Shown piece by piece: positions 12,167 to 25,700 of a DNA stretch of 64,000 nt. Position 1 is the first letter of the stretch; each line of letters starts with the position of its first letter. The notes under the pieces were generated by a model. That model was not told where the DNA came from. It was given only the letters and a program-made list of their open reading frames with translations, and did no database searches. The stretch comes from Lytechinus pictus (lineage: Eukaryota), in NCBI RefSeq assembly GCF_037042905.1, contig NC_087249.1:46066001-46130000 (forward strand), given 5' to 3'. Made by a program: the position numbers and the translations under genes.

Positions 12167-15100
12167 TATTTAGTTCATATCAACAAGGGCCTATTATAAG
12201 ACAACATTTAAACTTTCCTTACAAATTGTTGCGAAATTTCAAATATTAAGGATGGCGTAAAAAGGCACGCATTTTGACTGATATATTGTATTTTTTCATA
12301 GATTTTGCGCAGAAAGTGGAGCTGCATTTATCAGACAGAAGCCATCATCTAGTACCATTCAAGTCAGGTGCATACGGGAAGGAGGAAGGGAGGTCGGCCT
12401 TAACGTTTAGGGGGATGGACGTGAGACACTGCATCTCGCTACACTTGGACAGAAATACAAAGAGCAGCCCCCGGGAGTAGCCCAGTAGAGAGTGCGGTGC
12501 TGCCGCAGCCTGAGATCGATAGAAGAGATAAGTACATGTAAGTAATTACCAATATTAATGAAAATTATACATTTCTTCTGGATACCACTTTTATTGCCTT
12601 TTGTGGAATTTTAGGAAATGTGAAAATCCACCTATTCTACGTGCGAGGTTATTGATTTTATTTTTCACATGTATTATAGCATGTAACATGAATAGAAAGC
12701 TTAATAAAATTGAGGTTTAAAGCATAAGATGCAGATAGCAGGGGCGTTTTGGTTTAAATCAAGGTCTTAAAGTTGAGAGAACGAGATACACGAATGTATC
12801 TCATGCATTATGTGTTTATACTTTGCTGTGGCATTTCAGTAAAATATATATAAAAAGAAATCATCTTCAAATGTTCAAAGAATTAATTCATTCTGCATTT
12901 AATCCTGCATAGCCCATTCTCTTTCTCTCTCTCTTGCCATCTTCGATCTCGTGAGCAAAAATTCTTGAATGTAGTTAGCTGTCAATCATTTTATGAAAAG
13001 AACAAGAGATATATCCGCGAATCGACTTTATTTTGCATTCTATCAGAGCATGGACCTATTATCAGAGGGTGTTGTACATTTCACGCATGCAAGCATGCGT
13101 TAATTGAATAAAGACTAGTAAATTTCTCGATCCGTTATTTTGATTGACAAATAAACAACAGCGCGTGCGGCGCGTGCCGACTGTCATATTACGTCAAGCG
13201 GCCAGATATCTTAAATCACAAGTTGATTTTAAACTCAATAAAATTAATAAAATAAACAAGTAGTTCAATCAAACCTACTTTTCCTACCTCTTCAAGGAAT
13301 ACCCCAGGCAGAAATTAACAAAATTTAAATAAATATGGTAAAATAAAACAACAAAATAGTACTTGAAATTGACAACAATTGGACGAGGAATAAAAACGCT
13401 ATGACATTTAAAATGTTTGCATTGTTTCTAAACACTTTTCTGCACGTCGACATCATGATTATGATGCTATGGGCTAGCTGATGTCATCTCCTCCACTTTT
13501 TTGTTTTTATTATGTGAAGTTATAGCTGTTCAATCTTTTCCTCCAATGAATAAAACCAGGATGCATGGACAACATATTAAATGTGTTAAGTCATCAGTGT
13601 TGAAACTTATTTTGCTCCACGTGAGACATGTTTACACACACGTCTGAAAATAACAAATAATGATTTATTATTTGATGTAATGAAATAAAATGGAAAGGGG
13701 GATATGGCATCATCAGCCCAACTATTGCATAATGGCCTGTAAATCCAATCGTTTTCACAAAGTATTGCTAAAAATTAAGTTTTTTTTATATTTGTTTTCT
13801 ATCAGATACAGTCCTCGGTACCTGCACGAGTGCATAATCAGTAATTGGCGCCAACTAGATATTGGACATAAATGTATGCGTCATATTGCCATCACGTGAC
13901 TGAGCGCTCGAATCATTTTCTCCGAGAAGAGGCAGAGCAGTCCAACCAGAACCGACTCTCGTCAAACGGGAATTATTAATACTTCAGAAATAATTTTTTT
14001 ACGGCAGTTGGAGAATCTTCATAATTTGGAATATTTACTGGAAGAACTTGAGTTACAAGGAGCAGTTTGGACAGAGTTTTTTTTGGACGGAAACTTTAAA
14101 TTTTCTGTGTGCGGACTAGACACCACTTGAACGGCAAAGCTTCGCCGAGGCTATCCGAACCTCTCGGCGGGGTTTGTTGATGGGTCTCTGGACGGTTTTT
14201 CTGCCATTGATAATCGATTTGAACTTGATAACTATGATTATCAGCGGACAGCGACATGTTTGAATTTTGTGGAGCTGTGGACATGCAGTGATGGATGAAT
14301 ACGTCTCACTGGATTTAAGATGAAAATGAGTTTTGGATCTAGAATTTGTGTTGCTGCCTGCGATCATGGATACATGACGATGCCACCAGAGAGAGGTCAG
14401 ATGATGAAAGAACATGCTGAGACTGAACAAATGTTGCTGTATGAGTGAGTCCTTTTACTCGTAGAACAATACGGCAATATCACTTAATGAAACTTTGAAT
14501 TTTATGGAAATTGGTTAAGTCTATGTTTTAGTGTCAGGATTTGTAGCGTAAGTTAGTATAGCCCCCCCCCCCCCCCCGTAGGCGTAGAATAAGCGCCTGA
14601 CCGAAACGTATTCTTTTGCCTTTCTCCATAAAGTTTATCGTTTCATATCAAGAAGATTGCTGTGTTGTCACCTGCTGGTAATGAAATTAATTTTCATAAT
14701 TTTTATTGAATGTGTGCCAAAAGCTTTACAACTTTTTTAAACAAAAAGGTAGTAAGGCTTTTACCCCGACAGTTCTCGTTGAATTGTACGTTACGATTTT
14801 GTGTGTTTCTAAAAACAGAGGCGGTGCCAATGGAAGGGGACCGGGGCTTTCTTCCCTATGATGTTTTAAGTCATGAAAAAAGGGAAAAAGAAACGATAAA
14901 GAAGGAAAGAATTCAAAGACAATTCGAGGTCACCAAACTGTATAAGACCCTTATCATTCAACTGAGAGAAAGGATGAAGTCACCATTCGGTTAATTATCT
15001 TTCCCCTAATACCCAGGCGCCGCCCCTGAATGAAAACACTTTCCACGCCAAGATATTGGCCGATGGAATTCGCGTAAAAACGTTAACGACATTCGATCAT

Positions 15101-15899
15101 TCGGGCGTTAATCGATTTCACTTCACGTTCTCGTTGGAATATCCGTTTCGTGCGTTTACAAGGTGAGATATATTACATTTATTGTATTTAAATTTTGTAT
15201 ATTTCCTTTTGATAACCAATAATATAATATCAATTTCGTAAGTTTACAAGGTAAGATTTATTCCATTGATTTTGTCAGGTGTGATTTCGTATATTTATTA
15301 TTGCTATAACAGTTACAATATTCGTTTTGCATGTTTAACGGTGAGATTTTTGTATGTCTATTATATTCTTCTATTGTCATTGCTACTCTAATCATCATTG
15401 TGTGGTTTATTACATAGTCCCATGATAAAAGTTGTAAGTGCCTGGAGAATTAGTTCGGGTGCGAGTGAGACCGGATAGCTCATGAAATATTAAGCATATC
15501 TATCATGTCTATACCATGTATATGAAGAGGCTAAGAGTCAGTACCGAAAAAAGGGTGATGGACTGTGACGAGGATAGCTTATAATTCAATTTCTTCATAC
15601 ATGTAAATCTATATGCTCAGATAATTGTAGTTTTCTACATTTTTGTTCAGCAGTTTGAAGTTTTAATAACAGTCACACGCACGTATATTTATGATGATAA
15701 ATAGATCTCGACGTCATTTATCGTGGATTTAAGGCAGTGAAGGGTCAACGACGTATAATATAGTGTATAAGTAGAGGGCGTGGGGGAAAACGGGGGGGGG
15801 GGGGGACGATTGCAATCACTCCCTCGCAGATACACAAGCTTAACTTTCTTTCTGTCAAGACCTAGCTTATAACAGAAGAATAAATACATAACAAAACGG

Positions 15900-18287
15900 G
15901 TTTATGGTGATAAAAATAATGACAACATTGAATGATAGTGATAATAATCATTGTCAATTGAAAAAGACAATAAATTCGTTTAATAATGATGATCTAGCTT
16001 AATTTATGTATTTAAAATTTTAGGACCTGTGATAAGAACCAATGTTATTCATATTGTAGGTATAGTGCACATTTTTTTGTATTCGAATAAAGAGAACCAT
16101 TATCAGAACCAAGCTACATGGAATCTGTTTGAAATTTTAGATCTAGAGCACACATTTTTTTTTTTTATTAGACTTAGCTGAAACCGAAGTAGAAATGAAA
16201 AAGTTAATGGTGATGACGATGATTATGATAGTGATAATAATGATTATTGTCAAATGAAAAAGAATTTTGTTCATATTTTAGATCTAGTGCTCGATTTATG
16301 AATTAATCTTTTAGAAACCATTATCAGAACCAAGCTATTTCATAAACCACATGTCCTTTGTTTTATATCCTATATCTAGTGCATGATCTGTGTATTCATA
16401 TTTACGGAAACCATTATCCTAACCAACCTGTATAATATGGAAATTCGTTTTATTGATAGAGCATAATTTTTGTATAACATTCATAGAAAAATAGAAACCA
16501 TTATCAGAGATAAGTTATTCAAGTAATATGGAATTTATTTTGAAATGCTAAATCTTGTTTATTTCAAATTTATACAAACTGTTATCAGAGCCAAGCTATT
16601 TCGTTAATAAGGAATATTTTTCAGATTATAGATATAGTGCATAATTTATATATTCAAAGTTATAGAAATAGTTATTTGAACCAAGCTATTTCATTAACGT
16701 GGAATTGTATTTTATATTATATTAACATAGCATTAACATGCAATTTTTTGTTTATGTTTCAGGTATGGAATGCCCAAAATATACACAACACTAGCCAGGA
16801 GGAAATTCTGGTTCACAATAACAGCTAATTAGACTCCGGGATATACGCAATGTAGATGACTACTATACTTATTTAGGTTTTATGAATATGGGTAAAAAAT
16901 AAAAGCATTCACGGCTTTAGTAAGCCTGACGACAGCGCGAACATGAACAAATTCTGCACTTACCTGATAGAACAATAAGAAATATCACTTTCATAATCTT
17001 AATGAAACTTCCAATTTTATCGAGCTGGTTTGTGAGACCGAGATTAGTGTCAGAGTATTCGCCCACTCGTTCATTCATTGAATCTCGTACGATCACCAGT
17101 TCCTTACGTTTAGTTGTCATGCTTAATATGCACATTTAAAACATCGATCGTGTCGTTCGTTTGAATTAAGAGGTAAGTTTAAGTTTTTATATCCATTAAT
17201 CAGTGATAAAGTGATACAAGTCTTATCATTTGTTATTAACGTTCATGCTGTTTAAGGTTATGACAAAAGTCCCACGCGCGTAATATGATATTAAATCTAA
17301 ACATAGTTTTCACGGTGGCTTAAAGAATCGCGACTTTTAGAAAGAATGCACCATAGGCACTTTTAGGCCTACAAATAGAAAAAAAAAGATAATCAATAAA
17401 ACGTGGGCTTATATACCTTTCTTTTCGTTATGAGACTGAGCTGAGTAGAATAACCAAATGTTTATGGTGATGATGTTCATAATAGTGTTAATATATATTT
17501 TCAAAAACCAAAATACAAGGATTCTTTTTTTATAAAGTAGATCTAGTGCATTATTTAGAAGACTTTTCATTAAAACGGAAGTTTATTTCGAATTGTAAAT
17601 CTAGTGAATAATTTGTATGTTCGAATCTATAGCAATCATCAGAACAAAGCTATTTCATTTACAAGTAATTTCGTTTTAGATCTAGTGCATAACTATACTA
17701 AAATGTATAGAAACCATTATCCTTGTTATCAGAAACAGGTTATTCCACAAACGTAGTAACATAACATTTTGTTTTATATTCTAGATCTAGTACATGATAT
17801 ATCCTTCAAATTAAGGGAATCAAGAGAAACTATTATTGGCTCCGAGCCATTTCATAAATAAGGAATTTTGTTTTATATTGTATAGTGCATAATATATATA
17901 TTCAAATATATATTGTATATCATAGCATTAACATGTATTTTTTTGTTTATGTTTAGGTATGTAATGCCCAAAATATACACAACACTAGCCTGGAGGAGAT
18001 TCTAGTTCACACCTAACAGCTACTTAGACTTCGGTACGCAATTACAAATGTAGATGATTACTAGACTTATATTAAGGTTTTATGAATTTGGGTCCAGAAT
18101 AAAAAAATCATCCACGGATTTAGTCAGCCTGACGACAGTGCAAACACTAGCGTACCTACGGGGGGGGGGGGGGGGCAGAGGGGGCACTCTGCCCCCCTGA
18201 CGAGCCACAACCCATACAAAAGACATATACCTGCCCCCCCTGACGAACTTGAAGACCTTTAATGCCCCCCTGAAGAGCCTGAAGACC

Positions 18288-18318
<31 letters not shown>

Positions 18319-20300
18319 AGTCAAATTATTTTCTGGTACGAAAACCTAAATTTTTTAATTGAAGACCTTTTTTTTTTTTTTTTTTTTTTGCTTGTCAAAT
18401 TTTTTTGGCGGCCGATTTTGCCCCCCCTGTGGAAAATCCTAGGTACGCCACTGAGTGCAAACATCATGAACATGAACATAATTCTGCAATTACATGATAG
18501 CACAATATGGTAATATCATTTTCATGATCTTAACGAAACTACAAATTCTATCGAGTCGGTTTGTGAGACCAAGTTAAGTGTCAAAATTTTCGTCCCCCAC
18601 TCGTTCATTCGTTGAAGCTTTCGTAACATCACTCGTTTTTTGCGTTTAGTCACCATGCTCAATATGCACATTTAAAACATCGATCGTCTCGTTCGTTTGA
18701 TTTAAGAGGTAAGTTTAATCTTATTAGCTCTCTTTTGACACTTTTTTTTATATTACGTCAATCAGTGATTAAGTGATACAAGTCTTATCATTCGTTACTA
18801 ATGTTGCTGTTTGAGGTTATGACAAAAGTCTCACGCGCGTAATATGATATTAAATCTAGACATCTTGTCCACGGTTGCTCAAAGAATCGTCAATAGAACA
18901 TATAGGCTTATATAGCTTTCTTTCCGTTATGAGACCGAGCTGAACAAGCAGAATAACAAAAGGTTTATGGCGATGATGATAATCATAATGACTATTTCAA
19001 AATGCAAAATACAAGGATTTTTGTTTGAAAAAATCGAGCTAGAGCGTAATTTAATCAAAATTGAATTTTTCTTTATTTTGTAGATATAGTGCATAGTATA
19101 TGTGTTCAAATGTATAGAAATCAATATCAGAACCAAGCTATTTCAATTACACAGAATTTCGTTCCAGATCTAGTGCAAAAACTATACTAAAATGTATAGA
19201 AGCCATTATCCTTGTTATCAGAAACAGGTTATTTCACTAACGTATTTGTTTTACATTCTAGATCTAGTACATGATTTATTATTCAAATTAAGGGAATCGG
19301 GAAAAACTTCTATTTTATCCAAGCTATTTCATTAATATGGATTTTTGTGTTCTATGTTTCAGGTATGGAATACCTCAAATATCTACCCAGCACTAGCCAG
19401 AATCAAGGCAAGTATATCTCTAACAGTATTACATACACCTCAGTACAATTAGAAATTATGTAGATGATTACTCTTCTTATCATGCTTATCAGGTTTTATG
19501 AATATTTGTCCATACGGACTGTTAAATCATTCATGGCTTTTATGTCATGTCGACCTTAGCTAGACCGAAAGCTTCTGTTTCATGTGTTTTGTCGGTCGAT
19601 CCGCTGGACATGAAAAACAAGTTTTAAAAGAAATATCTAAAAACATCCTCCAAATAGACGGATTTCATCTGTCTAACATCAGAAAACCTCATGAACATAA
19701 ACAAAAATCTGCACGGGTAATCTACCTGTAAATATTATTTCATGAACTAAGTGGGATTATGAATTTTATCACGGACCTATGGTGAGTCCAAGTTTGTGCC
19801 AGGATTTCGAGGCAATATGTACCCATTGACATTCTCAAATAGGCGCCTAACACCTTTAAGCTTGTACCAAAACTAGCTCGTTAAGATTTGATATTTCGTG
19901 TCAAGATGATTTAACGTGACTGGGATAGTTCGACCGTTCCGGAATAAAAAAAATAAAAAAAACTAGGTTGCGCCTTTACGTAAGATTTTTCTGCATTTTC
20001 CTCCCCGCTGTTAGGCTTTCGGCTGGCAAAAACAAAAACAAAACGAAACAAAACAAAAAACACAAAAAACGAAAATCGTTGATATAATTCGTCTGTCCAC
20101 TGGTTCATCCGTTCGTTGAGTCTTTCGTACGATCATTCGTTTTTTTTCGTTTTTAATCATCATGCTCAGCCATGGAAATGTGTCGATCGTCTCGTTCGTT
20201 TGCGTTATTACGGTAAGTTTAATCTTATTAGTATTTTTAACAATTACTTCGTACATATCAATCACTGATATAAGCCTTGTTTTATTCGTTTATTAACATT
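15900..20300 (+). repeat. Tandem triplication of an exon-like + intron-like unit (~1.2-1.4 kb spacing) with internal ~85-90 bp AT-rich subrepeats
   Basis: Three copies start gtatg(g/t)aat(g/a)cc and end gatcgt.tcgttcgtttg...gtaagtttaa. Recurring subrepeat motifs are agaaaccattatcagaaccaagctatttca and agatctagtgca. Confidence 0.85.
18145..18453. mobile_element. Non-autonomous hAT element inserted in triplicated unit 2
   Basis: CACTAGCGTACCTA...TAGGTACGCCACTG termini with perfect 8-bp TSD AGTGCAAA. The paralogous unit 1 shows the empty site (~16933). Confidence 0.9.
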
Positions 20301-20679
20301 GCTGTCATTCAAATTTCGAAATTTTGGTTTGACATTTCATACAGAACAAGCCCATGCACGGAATGCAGTGATGGAGACAAAAGTAAATTAACGTCAAATT
20401 TAGGGTTTTGGACACATAAGGCTCAGATCTAGAGTAATCATAAGCAAGCAGCTCCATTGTTTATATTTTTTTCAAAATCTAGGTCACAATATAACTATTA
20501 TCATTAGAAATAAAAAGTACAAACAGTATATTACTAATTAATTGACAGCATTCCGCAACGTTGATTTTATATTCTAGATCTAGATAACACATGAGTTATG
20601 CAATTAAAATTAAGAACATAATTAAAATAGATATTATCAAAGGTTTCGTTTTTATGTCGTACAGGACTGAAATGAGACA

Positions 20680-20943
20680 AGATCTTCGTGCAGTTTTGAC
20701 AAGAAGCTTCGGCTGCAACCATGTCAACATCCGCACGCAGTTTTCACGAGAAGCTTCGGATGCAAGTAATCATGCAACCATATCGGCATATCTTCGTGCA
20801 AGTTTGACGATTCGAGAAACTTCGGCTGCAACCATGTCGACATAATCTTCATGCAGATTTGAAGAGAAACTTCGGCTGCAACTATGTCGACACATGTATT
20901 CACGTAGTTTTGACGAGAAGCTTCGGCTGCAACAATGTCGACT
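20680..20943 (+). repeat. Tandem array, 5 units of ~50-60 bp
   Basis: Approximate consensus gcagttttgacgagaagcttcggctgcaaccatgtcgaca. Confidence 0.9.
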
Positions 20944-21179
20944 AGGGAAACCAGGCTCCGCGGAAGAACGTCACTTGCCTTTGAACTTTGCTGTAGTACA
21001 TGAATTGCTGCAATATCACGGCAAAGCTCATAGGCCGTCACCTGTATATTTCATGATATCTGTATAAGAGAAAGGGAATAAGTAAATTGATAACATTAAT
21101 TGTAGTTTGGTAGGATAGGATATCATTAATTTCAAATAATGTAGATTTTATTATCTTACAGAAAGAGGTTGCCTATTAC

Positions 21180-22300
21180 ATGCAGAATGTCGCCCTTTTA
21201 TCATGCAGAAATTGCGGGTCGTTTTTCCATACAAAGTGTCTACTTTTCGTCGTTCAGCAAGAAGTTGCCTGCCATACAACACCATATCGCTTTTCATTTA
21301 TGTCACCCTTTCATCATACAGCAAGAATTTGCATATACAATATGTCGCCCTTTCATCATAAACAAATCACCTTTAACATATTATTTCGCCCTTTCATCCT
21401 ACAGAAAAAAAAGTTACCTCTCATGAAGCTTGTCGTCCTTTCATCAACAAGTCGCCTTCCATTCATCATGTCGCCCTTTCATCATACAGCAAGAAGTTGC
21501 CACTTATACATCATGTCGCCCTTTCATGCAGCAACAAGTCACCCTCCCACCACACATCAACAGGTAACCTATTAATTCTCACCACCTCATCATACAGGAA
21601 GAAGTTTTCTGTCATGCAACATGTCGCCTTTCATCATATAACAACACGTCGACTTTCATAAGTTCTATGTCGCCCTTTCATCAAACAATAGTCGCCTTTC
21701 ATAGAACATGCCACCCCTTCAGCATAGAGCAAGAAGTTGCTTCTCATATCATGTCGCCTTTCAATCATACGGCAAGACGTTGCCACTAATACGACATGTG
21801 GCCCTTACATACAGTAACAAATTACCGTTCATACATGTTGCCCTTTCATCAAACATCAACATGTCGCATTTCGTACATGTCGCCCTTTCATCAAACAGCA
21901 ACAACTTGTCTTTCATGCAACATGTCGCCCTTTCATCAAACAGCAACAACTTGCCTTTCGTACAACATGTCGCCCTTTCATCACACAATAAGAAGCTGCC
22001 TCTCATACAGCATGTCGCCCTTTCATCAAACAACATTTCGCTTTTAATACATGTCGCCCTTTCATCATACAGCAAGACGTTACCTCTAATACAATGTTGC
22101 CCTGTCATACAGCAACAAATTACCGTTCATACATGTTGCCCTTTCATCAAACATCAACTTGTAGCATTTCATACATGTCGCCCGTTCATCAAACAGCAAC
22201 AACCTGCCTTTCGTACAACATGTCGCCCTTTTCATCACACAAGAAGCTGCCTCTCATACATAATGTCGCCCTTTCATCGAACAACATTTCGCATTTCATA
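21180..22300 (+). repeat. Minisatellite, ~39-45 bp unit, roughly 25 copies
   Basis: Approximate consensus catgtcgccctttcatcaaacagcaagaagttgcctctcatacaa. Confidence 0.92.
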
Positions 22301-22789
22301 CATGAAAATGAAAAGGGTAAGTGATAATACTTTTTATTTCAAAGATGACGCTTTACAAATACCATAAAAGCCTGAAAATTCCATGAAATACCTAATATAT
22401 TGATCAACTTTTGAAAAGTATGAGAAAGGAGAAAGAATATAGAATTAAAGCAAACTTTTCCTTGACTCCGCAATATGGAATCCTGGGAAATTTCAAATTT
22501 TAAATAGAACGTCCAAACATTGACATCAACATAATTCATGCTTGATATCTAGAGTATATTCCATGATTTTAACAGGAAAATCCGATATGACTTTGATCAG
22601 GCCAATTGGACTCAAAATGACAAAAATTTGATAATTATCTAGCAGACTTTGTTTATATTTTGTCAGCTTAACGGGTTCATTATTTTCTTTCATATTTGAG
22701 GAAAGCATCGGGGACAACACAATTGCTGTGATGGCAGCCGTGACCGGAGAAGATATTTTTGAGCATCAAAAATTGCCACAATTATTTCA

Positions 22790-25700
22790 AGACCTGAATC
22801 TTTTTTTTCCAGGCTGGATGAAGCAATGATCCACAACATTTATACATCGCCATATTTATGTTTAAAATATTCAAAGGCGTAGACCCATCAAATTAAGTTA
22901 ATTACAACATGTCTGCTGAAGTGAGTTTATATTGTCTCCAAATAATGCTTAGATTATAAATAATGATCATTTTTATCTATTCATGGTAGCTTCAGCATCT
23001 ATAAATAGTCTTCCTGGAGCATGTGGAGAGTGTACCTCGTAGAATAACAAGTATTGTATTTCACCTTTTAACGACTCTAATTCACGCTACCCATACAGGC
23101 TGCAGCTCCCAGCAGGACCTACTGGACATCATATCATTCTGTTTCCATCATAAACATGATAAAGTGTATGCTGTTAATGTCTCTTATACCCAGGATAACC
23201 TCTTGGGCTTTTACGGGCAGTCGTCTTGGGGTTCAAAATGACTCTTATTTTCATTTTATTACCAGTATTCCGACATGCCTAGCTTGCTTACATTATGCAT
23301 GTATTCCTTTCTCCTGTTCTAGAACTGAGTGGCTGATACATTTTCCTTATCCTAGGCCTTCATGTATTTATAAGACTTCTTGAAATCAGCTGTTAACTAT
23401 TTCCATAATTCAGTATAGAGTTTCATTTTTTTGGCAATTACGTTTGTTTTTCTCTCTCTCTGTTCCATGTTTTCAGACTGAACCAGCAATCAACCCTGTT
23501 CAATCTAACCCATATCGACTCTTATTTTATCCAATGTAGAAACTTTACATTTTGGCGTGGCTTCCAGGGAACCTGCTAGTATGTGTTTCTTTTTCACACT
23601 TTTCATTCTAAAAAAGGAAATCGGCATGATGATACGAACAAAGTCATTTGTCAAATGTATGTACTAATTGATACTGTAATTATTTGTAAAGTTCTATATA
23701 AATCTAGTGTATTGCCGTTTTCAGTATTTTTTTATCTGTTTTTTTTTACTTCTTTTCCCGACAGGATGGATCGTTCTATAATTATTCTTTTACAAAAACC
23801 ACTTCAGTTGATATTAGCGGTCGTTTATCATGCTTATTGGCCCTAATAACATGTATGATAACTTTATTTTCTTAGGGTAGCAATTTCGCTTTTATAGGCG
23901 TCTTCATAAGACGTTGCTAATTTCTTTGGGATTACTTTTTTTTCCAAGTGTGCCAACTTATCCATTCTTCCAGAACCCATCATGCTAATATGATAGGCCT
24001 ATATGTTTCAATTTCTCATATTTCATTCTAAAAAGAAGGGATATTTCAGCCATTCAGACACATGTCTTCATTTACTTTTTTTAAATTTTATGTTTGACTT
24101 TTCTCTTTCCAGGCCTGATAACTTTTTAAATACAGATATTACTAATGTTTTTTTCGGGGTCAACTACAACAGATGTCTGGCTAATAACTTATTGGCGATT
24201 TCCATTTTTAGCCTTACATAACATGTTATAATCTTCACAACGCCTTTATCTGCCTATGGTAACCAATTGAACTTATTTCATGTTATAGGCGGTATTCTAG
24301 CCTGCCCTGCTAACATAATATGCATTTATATTCCTTCTTTCATCCTCAAAAGCAGTTATTTAGATATAGGTCTATACATTTTTTCTTTTTCTGGCTGGAT
24401 GAGTAATTAAACATAACATTAAAAATGACCACTCATATTTACCAAGGGTAGCAATTTCGGCTTTTATCGGCGGTCTGCATTTGCCCTACTAACTGTTATC
24501 GGTATTGTTTTTATTATTGACTCTTATTTACACAAGCTCCCGTTTAAAAGATTAATTTTCGTTTGTGGATTTCCATACCGTTTATCACTCTTTTTTTCCA
24601 GGCTGAATGCATTTTAAACGTTATACTGATAATGTATCTTATTTACCCAGGATAACAACTCTCGCTATTTTTTATTTTACTGGTAATCCTCCAGCTATTA
24701 CATTGCTTGCCGATTTTTTTAATGTGTTTTTATTCCCCTTATTGATTCTTATTTACCTATAGGGTGGCCACTTCTGGATTGATTTATTGGTTATCTTCTA
24801 TCTTATTGGTATTTATTCCCTCGATAACCATGACTGATTCTTATTAACCTAAAAGAACCATTTCGATTCGTGGTTATTCTCTTTTTCTAGCTGGTTGCGT
24901 TGAAAAGGATCCCTTTTTATCGATGCAGGGTTGGCTCTTCAGTTCTTCAGTGTTTATTGGCAGATTTTTAGCACCTGTTAACAAAACATAAAACCAATAA
25001 CTTTATTAATACAATGTTGTTGTTTTTAATTAGGGTATTCACTTCAGTTTCCAGCTAAGTGATGATCATCCAGCGGTTTTCACTTGATGTATGTTTATGA
25101 CCACCAAATAAGTCTATTTAGGGTATACAGGTAGACACTTCAGCCTTTATACTAGCGATCTCCTAGCATTCCCCACTAAAATAAAATTGCTATTGTTTAT
25201 TTTTTATACTGACTCTATAATATTATTTCCAGGATGGATTCATTTCAAAAGTCGATGTTTAGACAAAACTAATACTGTGTGTACCATTTTGTTTGAATTT
25301 CGGCGATTATTGGCAGTCGGCTAGCAAGTTCTATTATCTTTTCCTTAATAATGAATCTTTACTTTTTCCCCAGGCTAGATGAATTCAAACTCAATACAAG
25401 TAATAATTTCAGCATTAATTGGTAGTCTAATAGCAGACCCCACAAACCAATCATGTTATTATCCCTTATGTTGACTCTATGATTTTATTTCCAGGTTAGA
25501 TGCATTTCAAAATATGACATCAATGCAGACACATTCATGACATTTCTCTTAACGGGACACTGTTTTCGGCATTTGACAGTCTTCATGGTCTTACATTAGG
25601 CTCAGTGCACTAAACATTGTATCATTGTTATCCATGATAATGACTATAATTCTATATCCCGGCTGGATACATTTCAAACTTGATATTGATACAGTTATCT

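Larger units (their letters stand above)
12302..22316 (+). ncRNA. Candidate multi-exon lncRNA (putative exons 12302-12537, 13806-14444, 16763-17172, 17957-18708, 19363-20212, 21162-22316; further acceptor at 20664)
   Basis: Each block has a polypyrimidine-AG acceptor and a GTAAGT/GTGAGT donor, all on the + strand. No convincing spliced ORF found. No expression data available. Confidence 0.4.

Noticed and set aside
14375-16832. Short spliced ORF MTMPPERGQ...|YGMPKIY
   Set aside because: Only ~46 aa, no recognisable motif, and no support for it as coding; cannot be excluded as a micropeptide.
20680-22300. Repeat arrays as CRISPR-like repeat-spacer arrays
   Set aside because: The 'spacers' are homologous to each other, the context is eukaryotic, and there are no cas genes; these are tandem repeats.
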